NCBI GenBank assembly: GCA_963790045.1
Contig: CAWBMS010000010.1
Span: 57,228 to 121,227 of the forward strand
Direction of reading: 5' to 3'
Source of the DNA: Ignavibacteriota bacterium
Lineage (GTDB): Bacteria > Bacteroidota > Ignavibacteria > UBA10030
Length of the DNA: 64,000 nucleotides
Numbering within the stretch: position 1 is the stretch's first letter; every line of letters begins with the position of its first letter. This document shows, piece by piece, positions 61,601-64,000 of this stretch. A program made the translations under genes and the position numbers. Below the pieces are notes generated by a model. It saw only the letters and a program-made list of their open reading frames with translations. It was not told the origin of the DNA and did no database searches.

Positions 61601-61618
61601 TCTTTTATTTGAAATAAA

Positions 61619-62728
61619 ATGAAAATAGGTTTAGATATTCAAGATTTAGCTAGAAAAACAACAGGCATTGGAAGATACATACTAGGACTTTTAGATGGTT
61701 ATTGTTCTATTAATAAAAGAGATGAGGTTACTCTTTTAACAAAAGACAATATTAACGAGCAAAATTTTCATATTGTTACTCATTATGGTTATTCCATAAT
61801 TCAAAAGAAAAGTAGAAGTGAAACAGTGTGGGGCCAGTATCATTTAACAACATTATTAAAAAAACACAATGTTGACATTTTACATTGTCCATCAGTGCGG
61901 GCTCCAATAATACATTCCCGACCAGTCGTTTTAACAGTCCACGATGTCATATTTAAATTATTTCCTGAATATTATACAAAATGTGATCGAAATTATATGA
62001 ATATTCTGTATCGGTTAGTATTAAATTCTATAGACCTTATTATTTCAGTTTCTGAATGTACAAAAAACGATTTAATTCGATATTTTAATATTCCCGAAAA
62101 AAAAATTATAGTTGTATATAACGGAATTGATAAAAGATTTTTTGATGCAAAAAGGAGCGATGGTCGAGAAGTACTAAAAAAGATAAAATTACCAATGTCT
62201 TATATTCTTTCAGTTGGAACCTTGGAACCAAGAAAAAACATATTGAATCTTATTAAAGCGTATGAACTAATAAAGAAGCGTGGCTGTGAACAGGAATTAG
62301 TAATTGTAGGAAAACGAGGATGGTTGTATGGGGAAGTTATAAATTATATCAATAATTCCAATTTTAACTCAACTATTCATTATGTTGAACATGTGACTGA
62401 TGATGTTTTAATCCTAATATATCAATTAGCGGACCTTTTTGTATATCCATCTATTTATGAAGGTTTTGGATATCCAGTAGTTGAAGCTATGGCTTTGGGG
62501 ATACCAGTAATTATCAATAAAACACCAGCCCTAGAAGAAATAAGTAATGATGCCGCAGTTGTTGTTGATGCAAAATCACCATATGAATTATCTTGTGCTA
62601 TTGAAAAACTACTTACAGACAAATCATTGCGAGAATATTATAACAAAAGAGGTATTGCAAGGGCAAGTATGTTCTCAATGATTGAAAACGCAAAAAAAAC
62701 TTATAATATTTATAAGTCCGTAGTTTGA
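61619..62728 (+). CDS. glycosyltransferase family 4 (GT-B, group 1)
   Basis: 369-aa ORF. ...GTLEPRKNILNLIKAY... and E-x7-E region YPSIYEGFGYPVVEAMALGIPVI. Confidence 0.88.
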   Translation: MKIGLDIQDLARKTTGIGRYILGLLDGYCSINKRDEVTLLTKDNINEQNFHIVTHYGYSIIQKKSRSETVWGQYHLTTLLKKHNVDILHCPSVRAPIIHSRPVVLTVHDVIFKLFPEYYTKCDRNYMNILYRLVLNSIDLIISVSECTKNDLIRYFNIPEKKIIVVYNGIDKRFFDAKRSDGREVLKKIKLPMSYILSVGTLEPRKNILNLIKAYELIKKRGCEQELVIVGKRGWLYGEVINYINNSNFNSTIHYVEHVTDDVLILIYQLADLFVYPSIYEGFGYPVVEAMALGIPVIINKTPALEEISNDAAVVVDAKSPYELSCAIEKLLTDKSLREYYNKRGIARASMFSMIENAKKTYNIYKSVV

Positions 62729-62734
62729 TTGATA

Positions 62735-63202
62735 ATGGTCATGATAAATCAGAGGTCAAATCAAAACTATGGAAAAATCATATTATTAATTCAAATCTTG
62801 ATTGTTTTTTTACCCCTTCACAATCTATTAACTTTTCTTTTGTACAAATGTTTGGACAATTATTATTTAATAAAATCATTTGCCGCATGGAAAGAATTGA
62901 TCGCCTTTTTATTAATTGTGCTATTAATAAAAAAAATACCAAAGAGTAAATTGTATTTTCTCTTATTGGGTCTGTACGTTTATTTTATATTATTAATTGT
63001 TCGTAACTCAACTAATGTTGGGATACAATTTTTTCGAAATTATGGATATTATTTCATTCTATTTTTTATTGGTAATTCAATAGAGCTTTCTGAACAATCG
63101 ATGGAATCTATTCTTAGTTCTATAAAGTTTTCTGCGCTTTTAATCGCAATTTTTGGATTTCTTGATCTAATAATTAACTTTGGTAATATTCTTGCTTCAT
63201 GA
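62735..63202 (+). pseudogene. 3'-truncated O-antigen polymerase/ligase-like (Wzy-type) membrane protein fragment
   Basis: About 155 aa with ~5 hydrophobic segments and the very AT-rich codon usage of the island. It ends at 63202 exactly where composition and gene orientation change. Full-length Wzy-type proteins have 10-12 TM segments. Confidence 0.5.
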
Positions 63203-63219
63203 TTACTTGCAATAAGGCA

Positions 63220-63696
63220 TTATATTGCTGACTTGATAAGTTCATACCCATCAATAAAAAAGTTCCTGCCGTATCCTATAAAATTATCACAGAATTCCTT
63301 TGCATTCAGCCAATTTGTATCACTGCCATCGGTGAATACTCTTATGCCGGAAACGAGACGGTTTTTTACTATGATCAAAAGTGATTGGACAGCAAGGTCA
63401 TATGGCATTTTATCGGTCTTACAGAATTCAAAGTATTTGCCTACTTGCCACGGTTCTCTTGCCCTTTCCTGCGTTATGCACCTTGCGGATGATACACGGC
63501 AAAAAATCATCGGCTCGCAGGTTACAAATTTTCCCCTGAATGCAATATCCCGAGCTGCTCCCTTGAAATCCGATGCATCGACCACCTCAGATTTTTTAGG
63601 AAAACTTTTCCTGAGTTGAATAAAATCGGCAACGATAAGGCTCATTTCAGCCGCTTCGATTTCCTTATCACGATACCACGAATGTGAATAGCCCAT
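63220..63696 (-). CDS. hypothetical protein
   Basis: 158-aa ORF (MGYSHSWYRDKEIEAAEMSLIVADF...). No family recognised. Co-oriented with and 18 nt downstream of the RadC-like gene. Confidence 0.5.
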   Translation of the reverse strand: MGYSHSWYRDKEIEAAEMSLIVADFIQLRKSFPKKSEVVDASDFKGAARDIAFRGKFVTCEPMIFCRVSSARCITQERAREPWQVGKYFEFCKTDKMPYDLAVQSLLIIVKNRLVSGIRVFTDGSDTNWLNAKEFCDNFIGYGRNFFIDGYELIKSAI

Positions 63697-63714
63697 AATA
63701 ATGCGTTCCTTTCT

Positions 63715-64000
63715 TTATGTTTTTTCCTCTGTTTCATGGTTCAATAAACCTGCATAACTGAAAGAAAAAAAGCGTTTATCTGCATTGATGATCAAATGGT
63801 CGGTAAGTTTTATGTCGAGCATCTTGCCGACCTTGCATAAGATACCTGTAACCGATTTATCTGCTTCGCTTGGAATCAAATCACCAATCGAAAGGTGGTT
63901 GTGCACGCATATAAACGACATACAATTCGAAAGAATCAACCATTTGAAGACCTCCCGCGGACTCACGCATGTGGCGTTTAACGTGCCAATCGAGACGGTA
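63715..64000 (-). CDS. radC: RadC-like JAB/MPN-domain protein; N-terminus beyond window end
   Basis: The frame stays open upstream of the ORF-track GTG to the window edge: ...TVSIGTLNATCVSPREVFKWLILSNCMSFICVHNHLSIGDLIPSEADKSVTGILCKVGKMLDIKLTDHLIIN. This matches the RadC pattern (HNHPSG...PS.aD...T..L...DHiii) with a diverged HNHLSIG. Confidence 0.8.
   Translation of the reverse strand, partial: TVSIGTLNATCVSPREVFKWLILSNCMSFICVHNHLSIGDLIPSEADKSVTGILCKVGKMLDIKLTDHLIINADKRFFSFSYAGLLNHETEEKT

Overview
This is a 64-kb chromosomal window from what looks like an FCB-group bacterium (Ignavibacteria/Bacteroidota-like). The lineage call rests on a UpxY-type NusG paralogue, a type III glutamine synthetase, a CarboxypepD_reg-type TonB receptor and Bacteroidetes-style TAnnTTTG promoter boxes alongside Shine-Dalgarno sites. 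GC is mid-40s % by eye; I did not compute it.

Positions 1-48.2 kb are densely packed housekeeping genes:
- a partial amidohydrolase, cysS, recN, fba and sodC
- glnS, GSIII glnA and gltX
- folB, folK and a deoxynucleoside kinase
- pyrR-pyrB-pyrC behind a PyrR-type attenuator
- a 1292-aa sensor kinase, pgeF, glmS, an SDR and an acyl-CoA dehydrogenase
- tRNA-Phe
- a TAT-exported aldo/keto reductase, an esterase, cmk, ispH, rpsA, mtaB and truA
- corC-like, nadD, glgB, an MFS transporter and a nitrilase-family hydrolase

Positions 48.2-64 kb are a compositional mosaic built around a surface-polysaccharide locus:
- a UpxY-family antiterminator gene
- a vapBC toxin-antitoxin pair bracketed by ~75-bp direct repeats
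- a 2.3-copy 82-bp tandem repeat made of small hairpins
- MITE-like TGTCATTCCC/GGGAATGACA inverted-repeat debris
- a GC-rich orphan gene with a strong terminator
- a 14-codon relic of an rfbF-like gene
- an ~11-kb AT-rich glycan cassette
- a truncated Wzy-like gene abutting a RadC-containing segment of different composition

The most interesting content is the first block of the glycan cassette. It encodes a KdsC-type HAD phosphatase, a PHI-type SIS isomerase, a divergent RPE-type epimerase and a nucleotidyltransferase fused to an APH-fold kinase. This set reproduces the logic of NDP-heptose synthesis with non-orthologous parts. It probably makes an unidentified nucleotide-activated sugar.

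A window-wide caveat applies. Ten otherwise intact genes carry thirteen single-base frame breaks, twelve of them in the +1 direction. The ORF track therefore splits them, and I re-joined them by eye. This looks more like systematic insertion-type sequence error than gene decay, but I cannot settle that from the sequence alone. I saw no CRISPR array, rRNA, transposase or integrase gene.
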